A DNA stretch of 64,000 bases, from positions 1,787,624 through 1,851,623 of the forward strand of contig BDGG01000009.1 in assembly GCA_001949185.1 (NCBI GenBank). Reading direction: 5' to 3'. The translations under genes were made by a program, and so were the position numbers. The notes beneath the pieces are model-generated. The model searched no databases and was not told the origin of the DNA. It was given only the letters and a program-made list of their open reading frames with translations. Shown here in pieces: positions 1 through 15,000 of the stretch. This stretch comes from Ramazzottius varieornatus (Eukaryota > Animalia > Tardigrada). The stretch's first letter is position 1. Each line of letters starts with the position of its first letter.

Positions 1-3000
1 CTTGTTCTGCTTCTGTTCTTGCAGTATGACAATGTTGGCTGCTCGGCCAAGTCCTTTGGCCAGTATCGTTGCATTACCAATGCCGAACTTGTTTATCCGC
101 ATGATAGTCTTATTCTTTGACGTTGAAAGAAAGATTTGGTCCTCGAAGATGTCGATCTTGTAGGGCTCTTCTCTCTCTACATGATAAGAAGGGTTTGGTC
201 ATCCGGCCTTGCAAAGATAGATTGTCGAGGTTACCGAGGGAAAGATGCGTCACTCGCTGTCGGTCCTTTCCGTCGATGGTCATGGACTCAATGGCGGCTG
301 TTTTGGGGTCGGCCCAGTAGAGGCGCCGGTTTGCGTAGTCGATAGCCAGTCCCGTGGGATAGCGGATGTTCTGATTGACGAGAACCTTTCGCTCCGTCCC
401 GTCATACTTTGCTCGCTCTATCCGTGGCCTTCCGGAGATGTCCGTCCAGAAAATGTAACCTGACTCGGGATCCACTCTGATATCATAAGGCTCGGCAAGG
501 CCGCTCTTGATGACAGCGGTACGCGAAGACCCGTTCAGGTAGGCCATCTCGATCTGCTTCGTCTGACCGTCGATCCAGAATAAGCGCTCGTGGATCCACT
601 CTACTGCGATACCGCGCGGATCGTGCACGTTCGAAATCTGACAAAAAGCAAGTATTCAAACACCAATTGTCAATTTCCACTAAATGCTATATGGCAGCTC
701 GGCAAACTAACTGGACAAGATTCATTTTCCAAGTGGCGCACGCTCTCACCCAACAAGACCGAAAGTGTGCGCCACTTGAAAGAGGAGACTTTCCAGTCTG
801 ACTGTGTTTCCCCAACTGGCAGACGTTTCTAGTGTTGATGGATGCCTCCGTCGGGAAGAATAGGATCTTGTCGAGTTTGTTTGCCGTGCCTGCCATATCC
901 AGCAAAAGTATGTCCCGAGCGTTGCTCACCAATGGGATGGGCTCGCTTCGGTCAAAGTCGCCGCGTTCCTTTCTTTTCTTGGGCAAGGTCTGCTTGTAGA
1001 TGACATGGTTTTCGCGACTGCTCCAGTAGAGCGTGGCGTCACTGGGGTTCCTGAAGTTGACGTCGACAAAGTTGATGCGGTCGTCCTTTAGTTCCATCAG
1101 TTGTCGGTACTCTCCGCGGCGATGGTAGGGGTCTAGACTGCGCAGTTGATTCTGTTCGGCTACCAGCAGCGTAGCAGGCGCTCCAGCAGCCACACAGCTC
1201 TTCAGGCCGTTACGCCCATGCTGCTCAAGACGGTAGTCGCTGTCGCAGCTACAAGTGAAACGCTCCCTCTCACCATCCCAGGTGCAGCGTTGCGAGCAGT
1301 AACCGTACCGCTCACACGGATTCACATTACAGCTTTCTTCATCTGTGGAAAGTCAAACCTAGTCCACAAAATGCCTCTCCCTGATTGAAGGCCTGACAAA
1401 CAAGCTGAAGAAGAAGAAGATTCAAGTGGCGCACACTTTTAGCCAATGATACTGAAAATGTGCGCCACTTGAAAGAACAAGCTTGCCTATCGTCCATTTG
1501 AAGTGCGTAAAGTTTTAAGCTGTACTCGTACCCGAGTTGTCGCCGCAATTGTCGACGTTATTACAAAGGTCCTTCAGGGTGGTCAAACAGCGGCCATTCG
1601 TACAGCGGAAAGCGCATGTCGGTTGACAGTTCATCTCGTCACTAGCGTCGGCGCAGTCTTGGCGTTTGTCGCATCGTTGAGACTGCAGAATGCAAGCACC
1701 AGAGCCACATCGAAATCTGTCGGCCGTACAGGGAAGTGTGGCACACACTTCTCTTTGCTCGTCCGTTTTATCTCCGCAGTCATCTACCAAGCACAAACAT
1801 CATCATCCAAAGACTTTGCATTGCAGAGAGAGAGAGAGAGAGAGCTGACGAGAATTACCTTGACCATCGCACAGCCATGTTCGCGGCACACAGTGCTTGT
1901 TCTTGCATGTAAACTCGTCCGCTGCGCAAGCATGCTCACAGTGTACTTCGTCACTGGAGTCTCTACAAGCAGAAAGGGCCGATCAGAAGCCGCAGGGTAC
2001 ATGGAAGGCTGGTTTGGCCCAGTGTAGAGCGCACCTGCAGTCGAAGACGCCATCGCACAGAAACTTGTCAGGAATACAGCTGCTGTTGTCGGCACAGGGG
2101 CTGTAGCCTTCGGGACAGGCGCTGCTACAGTTCACCTCGTCGCTGCCATCCTGGCAGTTTGCTTCTATAGGAAATAGAAATACGGTCAGCAAGTGCTAGG
2201 GAAATGTCCAGGCTTCTTTTCTGACCTCCATCGCAGCGTAGTCTCATATCGAGACAGCGATCGCCACAAGCAAATTCCGTCGGCCCACAGGCAATGCCGC
2301 ACATCTGCTGCTTCTCGTCGCTGCAGTCCAAGCAGTCACCTGAGTAAAGAACGGCTTTTAGGTGAAGCCATGGGGTTGAAGGCTAATTGGCAAAAGGGAA
2401 CGTACATTCTTCATCGCAGGTCCATTTCTGCGAGATGCATTGGGAGTTGTTACACTGGAAGTGCGTCGCCAGATCGCATTTCTCCGACAGCTCTTGGCAC
2501 TTTCCCGCCGTACAGTTCCCAACCGTCTGCTCCATACTGGAGCAGTTCCGCTCGTCCTCAGTGTCAGCACAGTCAGCCTTGCCATCGCAAACCTGACTTC
2601 GTGGAATACAGCGGTTGGAATGCGGACACTTGAACTGGTTGGCCAGACATGAATAAGACGCTGCACACCAACAAAAATTAGCTGCTTATATCATCACATC
2701 GCATCACATCGCATCACATCAAAAGAAGGAAGCCTCCTTACAGCAATCGAGGAACGTCTCGTCGGAGCCATCCATGCATTCCTTCACACCGTTGCAAATA
2801 CTTGTTGGATGAAGGCACTTCCCTGTATCGTTTGTACATTGGAATTGGCCCGCAAGACAGGTGAAGTTCCGCCTGCAGCCCACTTCGTCCTCACCGTCTC
2901 CACAGTCATCCTGTAGGAAACGCAGCGAAGCTTGATTACTTCCGTTCTTTGACGAGCAAGTCGGACGCTGATTGGCAGGCCTGTAAACGGAACGTACCAC

Positions 3001-6000
3001 ATCGTTTTCCAAGTGAAGCACGTTTCCGGTTAGTAACAGGGAAAATGTGCGCCACTTAATACAACGATCTTGTACGTCTCGTTTGCCGACCACAGGATGA
3101 CAAACCTGTTTATCGCACTGCCACCATTTCGGTATACATTTGAACATATTCTTGCAGACAAAGTGTGCGTTGGAACAGTTTGGTTGACACTTTCTGCCGT
3201 CCTCGTCCAGGACAAAGTTCTCAGGGCAAGCACAGACACTGGTCACCGGGGTTCGCGAACTGTTGCTTGGTTTGAGCAAGCACAGGTTGCCACATTTTGC
3301 ACTGGAATTCCTTCCGCAAGGGTTGGGGTAACTTACTATAGTAGGGAAAAAACACAAAACTATGAAGGTAGGTACCGAGACAGGTTTGCCCGTGATGGAA
3401 AGCCAACTTACGAGGACTTTGTCGGTATGGATGGAAGACCTGAATGTCCATCGGACGATGGGCCGCAGCTTCTTGGACGTCGGTTAGCTCCATGCCAGAG
3501 AACTTGTTGGCCTTGTGGATCTGCTTGGTCTCCCAGTCTGTCCAAAAGAGGTAGTCTTCGAAGACCGACAGGGCGAAGACGTGGTGTAGATGATCGGGTC
3601 TTTGATGATCATTCTGCATGATGCGCCGACGATGCTGCAGGTTCAAGTCGGCCATGGCCATGTAGTCCAGCTTCGCATCGGCCCAGAAAATCGTGTTCGT
3701 AACGTAGTCAATAGCTGCAGAAAGTAGAAAAACCATTAAGCATTATTCTTTCGGATAATGAATGTCGGCAAATGAACTTTCCCAGTTCGTCTGCAAGTGG
3801 CGCACACTCCCAGTTAGTTACAGGGAAAACATGCGCCGCTTGTAATGACGATTTGGGCGAGATCATTTGTCGACGTCCCAAGTCTCTGGCCAAAGATTCT
3901 CACTGAGAGCGTTGGGCCAGCCCAGTTCTGTGCGATCCAGTTCAAGGCGGAAGACGTTGGAGCCGTCAAGGCCCATCTTGCCGATATGAGGCCTGCTTCC
4001 CCAGTCCGTCCAGTACAGGTATCCATGATGAGGGTCGACCACAACGGCTCGGGGCTCCTGCAGACCCTCTCGAAGAAGAATCTTCCTCGAGCCGCCATCC
4101 AATGTTGAGACTTCGATCGTGTCGGTTCCCTTGTCGCACCAGTAGAGGTTCTTGCCGATCCAGTCAACTGCGATACCATCAGGGTTGTGTACCGTCGTCG
4201 AGTGGAGAGTGTGAACTTTGTCTACTGCATCGGCCATGCACCACTTGTTGATGGAACTACCGGACGATGTCACATCTGCCCAAAGGAAATATTCCAAGGA
4301 ATATAAGCCCCAAAAACTCCTTTTCAGAAACTCATTTTAAAACAGCAGAAAATAGTACAGATGTTCTGATCAAATAGGAGCTCGGCTACGCATTCGACCA
4401 GATCGTCCCAAACTGGCGCACGCCTCCGGCCAATATCACAGTAAAACTTGCGCCACTAGGGAAAACGATTTGGGGAGAGCGTGTTTACCGACCATGTACA
4501 TATCAGCATACTATCTAGATTGCTGGCTGGTAAGTTATTCGTACCTGACCAGAAGAGGCACTGGGTGCTCCATTCAAAGTCCAGTGCGACGGCGTTTGTC
4601 AGGTTGGCCCTGACCACGCCCTTCTGGTTACCCGAGAAGCTGACGTTACGGATAAAGTGCTTGTTCGAGTAGATGAGTGTCGGTTGGATGTGGCTGCTTG
4701 CCTTGCAGGATCGTCCTCCGTTTATGGGACTGTAGCCGATGGCGCAAACACAGCGGAAACTTCCGATGGTATTGTAGCAGTAGTGACTGCATGGGAAGTC
4801 CGCACACTCGTTGTAATCAACGCACTCGCCCGACGTGTTGCTGATGGTGTAACCCCGGTCGCATTTGCACAAATGCCCTCTGGATTTCTCGATACACTTG
4901 CCGTAGGGCCCACAGGGGTTACTGGCGCAATCCCGAATGTCACACATGGTTTCCTACACAAAATTTTGGTGGTTATTCACGTCACGGCAACATTGATGGA
5001 TCATGAAAGCCTGGCAAACAAACTCGGCAAGAGTGGTTTTTTCAACTAGCGCCCATTTCTAGTGTTATTAACTGGAAGGGTGCGCAACTTGAAGAAGTAA
5101 CCCTGTAGCATTTGTTTGCCTAAATCGCCAATATCTTTCTTGATCTTCTGTCAATATCTACTTAATCGTATTCAGAGCGATTGATTTATTCAGTTTGTCC
5201 GAGCAAGAGAAGAGATTAGGGCGTACATCGGAAAGGTCACCACAGTCGTCGTTGTTATTACACAGCAGGGCGTCGTCGTCCAAGCACTTTCCGTTCTGGC
5301 ATCGGAAACTGGAGGATGGGCAGGTGGCGTTGAGCGCCTTCGGTAACTTGTTCTCCTCAGTGCTATTCTGCAGACTCCATGGGTCGTTTCCCTTCTCGGG
5401 AAACATTTCGTCGGAATTATCGCCTATCAAAACTTGACATCAGCCAAAAAGTATACAGAGAAAAATGACGAATTTGCAACGCTTACCGCAGTCGTCGTCC
5501 TTATCGAGAACAAATTCTTTCGGGATGCACCTAGAACCGTCCAAAATGTTTGGTGATGATTGGTTAATGTTATACGGTTGGTGATCCTTGCGAGTAAATG
5601 CAAGACTTGCCGATTGTTTTTACAGCGAAACTCGTTGAAGGAGCATCTGGAGATGGATTCACAGTGGTCAGTCTCGTCGGATGAGTCTGCAGGACCACAG
5701 TCGACCTCTGAAACGAGCATCCGACGATAATGAGCAATTTAAACCCTGCAATAACTAATCTTTAGTACTGTACCTCCATCACAGCGCCAGTCTGCGGGTA
5801 TGCATAAGCCGGAAATGCGGCAGCGGAAGTCCGATTGCGAACAATTGGTCTTTTGGCACAAGTCCAGTGCTTCGTCCTCTCCGCCTTCGCATTCGGGGTT
5901 GCCATCACACTTCCAGCTGGAAGGTATGCAGGAGCCGTCGAGGCACTGGAACGACTCTAAGGGACACTTTGTGGCACAGGCAGACTCGTCAGAGTTGTCG

Positions 6001-9000
6001 AAACAGTCTAGTTCGCCGTCGCATACCCATCTGCAAATGAGGCTATGAAGAATGCTGAGACAAATACAGCTGGACTTTACGTACATTTTTGGTATACATC
6101 CTTGGCCGTTCAGACATCGAAAGCTGTCGCTACTACAGGGCAAGGGTGTGGTCTTTTCCAGGTTGCTGCAGTTTGTCTCATCACTCCAGTCCCCGCAATC
6201 GTTATCTACAAACACAGAACTTGCACTTCATTTTCACTTCCATGTTGACTACACGAACCTGACTTACCTCCGTCGCATTTCCATTCCGGCAGGAAGCTAC
6301 AAAAGACCTTGAGTTAGGCCAAGCAAATAAAGTCAGAGTGGTCGGTGAAGAGCACTTTTATTCTTACCACATGGCAGAGTTAGGACAGGGAAGCATATCC
6401 CTTCCGTCGGGCGTCGTTTCGCACTTCCGGCCCTGGCATCCGACTTCATCACTGAAATCCCCACAGTCTTGTTCCCCTTAAAGACAAAATTCCTTGATGT
6501 CTCATTCGTTTGGAAAGCAGACAAAAAAAGACCAACCGCGACAAATGACTTCAGGCAGATCATTTTCTCTAGTGGCGCACACTTTCGGCACCACGAAGTA
6601 GGCAAAGGTGGGCCATAAGGATAAGGATCAAGGTGAAATCGTTTCGCAGATATTGCTTACCATCGCAGCGGTACTCAGACTTGATGCATTGTCCATTGCT
6701 CTTGCATCGGAACTCGTTGTCACTGCAGGTGCAGCCAGCTTCATCCGACCCGTCTGAGCAGTCTTGCAGCTTGTTACACCGACCTGCCTCCGATATGCAC
6801 ATTCCGCTGCTACAGCGGAACTGCTCTTTGGCACATCCAGGAGCCACGAGCCCGGCTTCGCAGTTGTGTCCATCGGCAAGTAGCTTACGGCTGTTGAAGC
6901 ATCGACAGGTGGTCCCTCGGCCATCTTCCGAGGGAAGACATATTTCAGCACAACCACCATGGGACTTGTGGCAGGGGTTCAAAGTGCAGTCTTGACTGCT
7001 GTCCGACACGGCGATGATGCCCATGGGCTGTCGACCCAGGTTCCCCTTGATCTTTGTTACATCTAGACCAGTGTACTTGTTGGCCCGAACTATGGCTCGT
7101 AATATCCAGTCCGTCCAGAAGATGTGCTCGCCGTAAACGGCTAAGGCAAAGGGATGCCGAACACTGTCCCACAACAAAACCTACAAATCGAACAAACTTG
7201 AAGAAACTATACAGGACCCTTGTCTCAAATGGCGCACGTTATCATTATTTTGGGCTGAAATTGTGCGTCACTTGAAAAGATTATTTAGAGAAGGAACAGA
7301 CTTTTCGTTCCGAGCCATCGAAGCGCGCCCGTTCGATCTTGTCCAGCAGAGCATCGGCCCAGAACAAAAACTGACTTCTGTGGTCTATGGTAATTGCATT
7401 GGGTGTCTTTATGTCTGTGAAGATGATCGTTTCTAAGTTCATCCCATCAAAGCTGGCTCGCTGAATGCATGGACGATCTTTGTTCCAGTTGGTCCAGTAT
7501 AGCTTCTGTGCACAGGCATCCAGCGCCAGGTTGCGCAACTTGTCTCCCGGGTCCAGCTGCAGCACTCGGTACGCAGACTGATGGGCCGACCGCGGACCCG
7601 CCAGAATACGGAAGAGCGAGGCGTTGTTATAACTTGTCCAGTACAGCTCTTGTCTTATGGGATCGAACGCTAACCCTTCCGCCGATCCAACGTCTGATAA
7701 GACACAAGTCAAACGAAATGGAAGCTTAGCGAACAGGCTTTACCACAGCCTTCTGCCAAGTGGCGCACGCTCCGAGCCAATAAAACTGGTAACGTGCGCC
7801 ACTTGGGAAAACAATCAAGCTTGACCAATGGTTTTTCCAAGTGGCACAGGCAGGCAGTCACACTGGAAACTTGCGTCACTTGGGGAAATTACTTTGTTAG
7901 GATTTATTTGCCGAGCTAGTAATATTTTAATGACATCGATGGAAATTTCTTACCGGCAGCGACTGTGCGATAGTCTGTTCCGTTGAAGAGGACGCTGAGA
8001 ATTTCCCCCTTCTGAATGTCGCTATAAAAGACTCGTGACGTTGCATAGTCAAAAGCTAGGCCGATGACATTGATCATGGCGGAAGAGTTGTGGAGTTTGG
8101 CAATGGGAGTATTCTTGTCAGAGTCAAGCAGTAGATGCGCGCTCTCGATACTACGACCTCGAGAGTACAGCAGGAAAGATGTGTGTGCGTCGCAGGAAGT
8201 ACCGTCAGGTGACAGGACACCATGAGCGCAAGCGCACCTTCTGCTACCGTTACCGTAAAAACATAATTCTTCACATCCGCCGTTGTTCTCCGAACAGAGG
8301 TTCCGCCCTTTCTGTCGCTCTTTGCTGAACACTGCTAAATCATTCACCGGCGAGTCAAGACTCTTGCGCATGACTGTCGGTGTTTTCAAGTCGGCCTTGT
8401 CAGCTCGGTAGATAATGCCTCGCTGAGGAAACCTACGCCACACAATCCATCAATCAAAGGACAAAATCTCGGACCTCAGCAAACAAACTCGAGCAGATTG
8501 CTTTTCCGAAGTGGCGCACGTTTTCATTGTTATCGGCAAAGAACGTGCGTCACTTGGGGAAAACGATCTGGTCGACTTCGATTGCCCGACTTGCATTTGG
8601 TCTATTGTCTGAGGAGACTTCTTTTACCTGTCGGACCAGTAGAGATGGTCCATGAAGACGACTAGCGAAAGAGGGTCCAGGAGAAACTTGGAGGCTGAGA
8701 GGAGGAGTGTACGGTTACTAAAATCCAAGTTGGAACGTTCGATCTTGTCCGAGGCGGCATCACACCAGTAAACTTGGTTTTCTTCATAGTCGATGGTGAT
8801 ATCCACTACTCGCTGTACTTCCTTCAAGGCTATCCGCTGCATACTGTTGAGCGAAAGTCGCTCGATTCTTGCGGTCTTGCTGAGGCCGCCATGGTCGCTC
8901 CAGAAAAGGAGGCCTTTGCCAGGGTGGTGGGCGATGGCTTTGGGCGATTCGATGTTCTCGTGTAGGAGAACATAGCGGGACGAGCCGTTCAGCCTGGCCA

Positions 9001-12000
9001 CCTCGATGGTCTTGCCCGTAGGGTTGGTCCAATAAATGTTACCAGCCATCCAATCCACCGCCATATTCTCCACCGAAGTCATGTCGTCTTCAACGATAAC
9101 CTGCCGACCTGTCAGATCGCGGCGGATACGATTCAACGAGGACGTCTTCGGGTCAACCCAGAATATAAAGGAGCTTTCTGCAAAAGAATCACATCCCTTA
9201 CACTCGGCTGACATCTTTTCCATCTTTGTTTTTCGCAATCTTCTTCGCTATAATTATTACAGATCAATAGTTTTATCAGTCCTATTTTCAAACAAATTTT
9301 CTACGTGCATTTCTATTTCCAGTTCATTTCTTGATGGGATGTCGGCAGCTCACTTGAACATGATGGTTTTTCAAGTAGCGCACAGTTTCGACTAACAAGA
9401 ATGTAAAAGTGCGCCACTTGAGATACGGACCATGGTCAAATTTACTGGCGGCAACCCCGCACTCTCTGCTTTTAAATATGATGGCTTACCTGCGTGGAAG
9501 TCGAGGGCAGTTGCCGTCTGGATACGTGAGACTCGGGGAAGTAACTCTTCGGTGTCAGCGGGATCCATTGCTATGCCATGGATCTGCGAGCCACTGGAGT
9601 ACAGCAAGGTGGAGTTGAGCGGAAGACAGGACAGCTCATCTTGGGGGTTCAGCACAAAGCCGGCGGTGCAGTTACAGGTCCGCGACATGTTGGGGGTGGG
9701 AAGGCACAACTGTAAGCAGTTTCCGTTGCGGACAGAGCAGGCGTTGGCTCCGCCCTGCACTTGCGGGCTGTACATCTTCAAACTGACCACCGATGGCGTG
9801 CTCCTTCTGATGACCGAATACGACAAGTTGTGCAGCGTGAGTAAGCCGATACCTGGATCGACATGATCAGCCGCTACCAGCAGCTGACCATCGAAGAAGG
9901 CGATGGCCAAGGGCGACAGGACGTCTTTGGCCTCTATGGCCTGTACAGACTTGCATGGAAACTTGTCTCTTAGATTGATGTCACAGTACTGTATCTTCTC
10001 CTGACCCTCACTGATCCAGAAAAGGTGTGACTGGTACTGAGGTCCATAACCGAAGCTTAGACTTCGGGGAGTGCGGAAGTGTGCAGTCGTTGATTCGTCA
10101 ACTGCCATGACGCGAGACCTTCCGTTAGTGCTGGACAGCTCGATGCGGTGTTTGCCATGGCCAATGTCCGACCAAGCAATGATACCCAAGACTGGGTTTA
10201 CAACGATTGAGATTGGTGTCTTGATCTCGCTTGTGGTGATTGCTTTGCGGAATTCACCCGACAGAGTACTAACGACGATTTCGCCGGCAGCTGAGGCACC
10301 CTCGCTGGCGAAAGCAATGAAGATGTTGCCTGATATCCAGTCGATGGAGATATCAGTCGGCTTTGGTCCGCCTGCAACACAAAATCCAACTGGTGCTGTA
10401 AGATAATCAATAAGAATAAATAATACCTTCAATAGTTGGCAGCACGGCAAGCAAAGTCGCCCAGATCGTTTTCCCAGGTGGCGCACGCTTCCAGCCCAAA
10501 CCAACGACAGCGTGCGCCACTTAGATTAACAATCTTGTCGAGTTTGATTGTTCCAGCAAGCGACGCCCGTGTCCTGTGATCTGGCTGGCAGCATGCGCCG
10601 CTGGCAAAAACGATCCGGCCGACCACCCAACTTGCTGGTAATTGCCTTACCTGGTGAGTCAATGACAGTTTCCATCAGCGACCCATTCAGGTTGGCCCGC
10701 ATAACGGACTTTGCCTTGGCGTCGACCCAATAGACATATTCCATACGGACATCAACGTCCATCGTAGTGGCGTTCTGGACATTAATGACTGCTGGGATGA
10801 AGTTGTGGTGAGCTTGGTCCAAAGTGACTCCTCGGATCTCCGTTGCCCGAGAAAACAACATGAATGTCCGAAAGGCTACAAGAGCGTAAGACAAAATCCT
10901 CATGCCCATGGAACTTCAAACTTGGCAGGATGATGCTCATCTTACGTTGACACTGCGTTGTACTTCCGGCTGTTAGCTGATAGAGATGAGGGCAACCGCA
11001 CTGATGCGTCCCCTTCCGCGAAATTAAGCACAGATGGGAGCAGCCGCCATTTCCGCTTCCACACGGATTGCTCACTGAAACATCATTATTACTTCCCAAG
11101 CTGTTCTTTGCAATACAACTAAGTAAAACCCATTCATCTGACTAACCCTTGGGCTGAATAGATGGATGCATGATGTGCAAGTCAAAGGGCTGGGTGGACA
11201 CTTGCACGATGGTTGTCACATCCGAGCCGTTCCATTTGTTTGCCTGGTAGGGGAAAAACCAGACAGAATTAGATACCGAAAATCTATTCTACAAATTTGC
11301 GGATTATATTCAATCAATGATACTTTGTGAACGGAATTGGTCCGCCAATCAGTCCAGTACACATGGGCGTCGTAGACAGCCACAGCAAAGGGATGCTGAA
11401 GGAAGTCGCCTCCACGAAGTACTTCTCGGAGGTCATTACCATGGATCGTCACTGTTTCGATCGCATCAGAGCTGCAGGAGGAAAGGGAAAATAACAATAG
11501 ATATTACGGATCACAAGCGCTTAACAATGATGAAGTATAGTAGTTACGGACTAGGCATCAATCCAGTATCTAATAAAGGAAAGTAAGGGTATATATTATG
11601 GATAATAATTGATTAAGTATGTCAATTACGTACAGGCGATGTGGAGAAGGGACAAAATCGATGGCAAGTCCGCTGGAAGAGAAATGCAAATTTGGGGTCA
11701 CAGATTGCGATGGCACAGATTATCGTTAGCTGTAGGCTACTTTACTTTGGCCACTTTCCTCCCTTCACAGCACTGATGTTCACCAAAACTTGCCGCTCTT
11801 CCCCGGCCATCGTGCAACTCTCGATGCGTGGGTAATCGGGATCCCAGTCTGTCCAGAACATCAACCTACGTACAAACTGTGAACTTTTCATTCAGCAAAA
11901 CTAGGACATATTTGGGAAGCCACAAAACGAAACCTGCAAGATCATTATCCCAAGTGGCGCACCATTCCAACTGATTAGCCTGATAACATGAACCACTTGA

Positions 12001-15000
12001 TACAGCGGTCAATATTTGATGTTAAAGTGGCGCACGCTTCCAGTTAATACACTAGGAACGTGCGCCAATTGTTACAGCGATCTTGCACATTTCGTTTAGC
12101 GGTCACCCACTTTTATATTACCCTTCTTCCGGGTCCAGAACGATTGCCCTAAAAGAAGAAAAAATGGCATGGAAATATTCCCAGCAATTAGTTTTGTAAT
12201 ATGGAACAAATTTCTGCTTGGACATACCGTGGGTTTGTCATGTTGCCGGCCACAACGGTGGAGCGGAATTGGCCATCAAGTCGAGATACTTCGATCTGAT
12301 CAAGGGTGCTTTCGACCTACGGGTAAACAAAGGAAGAAGAGGGGCGTTATGTGTGTCGTTCAATCAGCGACTGTATTGATCGCAAGTCCCAACGCGGGAT
12401 CTAACCCCTAGAAACCGCCTTAATACCCAATATAAATTCCATCCGATCCAGTCCACGGCGATTCCTTCAGCTGTTGGTAGCGAGTTCTCCACGACGTGTT
12501 TGATGCCGAAAACTTGAGCTAAAGAAGACACAAGTGGTATTGTTCACAGACACTTCTGGCTTCCGAGTAGAATGCAACCAACCAACCTTGGTCAACAAGG
12601 CTCCCAGAATATATCCTGTCGTCGACTACGTCGGTCCAAAAAATCTGTAAGGCGCATTAAAATTTAAAAGGTAAATTCACTCCTGCCTTCACTACGCCGA
12701 ATGGGTAATACGGAATATTATAATCATCGGTAGACTGAATACCAATTTTTATTTTTTATTGGGCGTGGTCGATTTACTAATGAGATAAGTCAAGTCGATC
12801 TGTATTAAAACTTTGTTGATAGGTTTATTAATTTGTCGAATATGGACAAGAAGTGGAAATACCAGATGTTTTCCGTATTCCCCAGCGTCCTGGAGGAAAT
12901 CGATGGCGATGGTGTTGCGCAATGAAGGGACGAGAATGGGTTGAATGAGAGGTTGGCTCAAGTCGATCATCCTAATCTCGTGTCGAGATGAGAATATAAG
13001 GCTGGCGCTTTGGTTGTCTGCACAAAGAAAGCCACAGTGATACCAAACGTCAAGTGAGACTAACCGACGGAGAAGGCGGACCCGGCTTACCCGCGGGTAA
13101 TCACTACGTACCCTGACTGTGGCAAGTAAAATGGTCCTCTGCCAATTGGAAGCCCGCATGGCACTCACATCGATATCCGATGGCTTCCGCCGTGCTTTGG
13201 CATATCTGGCTGCACAATCCCCAAGAACCGGCACATCGGTCAGTCTCTAAAACGCAAAACACTTGTTCTCAGTTTGCTTCCTACTTATGGGCTTACGGCC
13301 GACTGAACTTGAGGGTCGACTTACTCGAACAGGTCTTGTTGTCCGCCAAGTTCGGCGAGGATCCTGCCGGACACACACAGGCGAAACTTCCGTCGGGCAA
13401 CGGATGACACGTCCCATTGACGCACGGGTTTGGCCAACACTGACCCTTATCTGCAAAGTCGGACAGAAGTTTAGAGCATGTATCGACTTTTGCCCTCATA
13501 ATGTTTGACAAAAAATGGTTCAACCAAGAAGATACTGTAGTTCAAAAACTTTCTAGAAAATCCACAAAAGTTTCGGATTGATCAAAGTGGAAATATTTTT
13601 CTCCGACGGTTTTGTGATCCTTTGATCTGCGTAGATAGGTACAGCCTGGCGTGTTTTACGTCTTCAGTGTCAGATAAAGACCGGGTTGTAATAACGAGAC
13701 AAACTATGATCAATTTTGCAACAGTAGCTGACTGAGCTTGCTTTAATGGGCTTTTCGCACGTACCACATCCTGGTCCTTCATCCTGGCCAGCGCGGCAGT
13801 CGTTTTTCTTGTCGCAGAAACGACTTAACGTCACGCACTCTTTAACGCTGGCACTGGCATTGCACCAGCGATTAGGATAGTGGCATGTCAACACGCCGGC
13901 ATCTAGGGAGAGGAAGTAAGAACATTGTCCTACTCTGCTCTTAACCCCTCATCCATTTCAGCCGCTTTTAGGCCCACAAATAAACGATACCATATCACAT
14001 TACAATGATGTATGCAACCAACTGCAACCGCTGTAAAGTCGTCCGGAAACTAAAAGCCAGTCGGGCAAGGTGACTACATGGGCCACCCTGCCTTCTGCCT
14101 CCGCGATGACGTCATCGCTAAGGCGCGCTACAGGGTGGCCGACTCACTCTTCTTGCCCCGTACTTACCAGTCGGAAGTTCGACCGCATTCTCCTTTTCTT
14201 TGCATCTCCCGTCCGTAAAGGAGCAACGTGGGTTAGCTTTGCAATCGACTTCCGTTGCATTACCGCAATCCATAAACCCTGGGAAGAAAAGACGATGATA
14301 AGATGTAGATGGTCGTTAATGACGTTTACGCTCCCAACATCCAGGCCTATTCATACGTAATTGATGAGCCTGTTATGGTCCTTACCACAGTCGGCCAGTG
14401 TGGACAAACATCGGCCATCCGGACAGCGAAAATGATCCTTAGCACAGAAGGGATCATTCACTGAAACTGCAGAAATTTATCGTCAGAATCTAAACTAGCT
14501 CTTAAATCTTTTGGCGGTTATCTCAAATGGCCCATTAATCCGCCTGTCAAACGACGAGCTCGTAGCGTTCTCCATACAACGAGTTGAGTCGTTAACACTA
14601 AAAGTTCCGGCCAGAATACTTCCGTAGTATTTGAAGAAAAGTTCAAAATAGAAAAATGAACAATAAAATACCTGAAATCAAACCCAAACAATAATATCAA
14701 AAAAGTTATCATAATCGGATGTTGGCAAATGAATGCGCGCAGATCGTCTTCTGAGTGGCGCACGCCTTCAGTCAACAACAACAGAAACGTGCGCCACTGA
14801 AAATAACGATGTGGGTAAATTGATTTCCCACGTCCCAAATGACCAAAGTGACATTCTCAAGAAAAATGAACAAATTACCTAATGAAACTGCACTTTCCGC
14901 TATTTGCGAGAAAAATGAGGTTTGAAATAGTGTGGAGCGAAGTTCAAGTGGCACGTACCGCAGTCAACTTCATCCCGACCGTCGACACAATCGAATATTC

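Noticed and set aside
117-11835. Numerous + strand ORFs opposite LRP1, and similar antisense ORFs over other genes
   Set aside because: Shadow frames of GC-rich coding exons with no recognisable motifs.
14518-14954. Recurrent peptides such as KWRTF / SGAHF / VRHL in many listed ORFs as a repeated protein motif
   Set aside because: They are read-through translations of the intronic palindrome core, not coding sequence.
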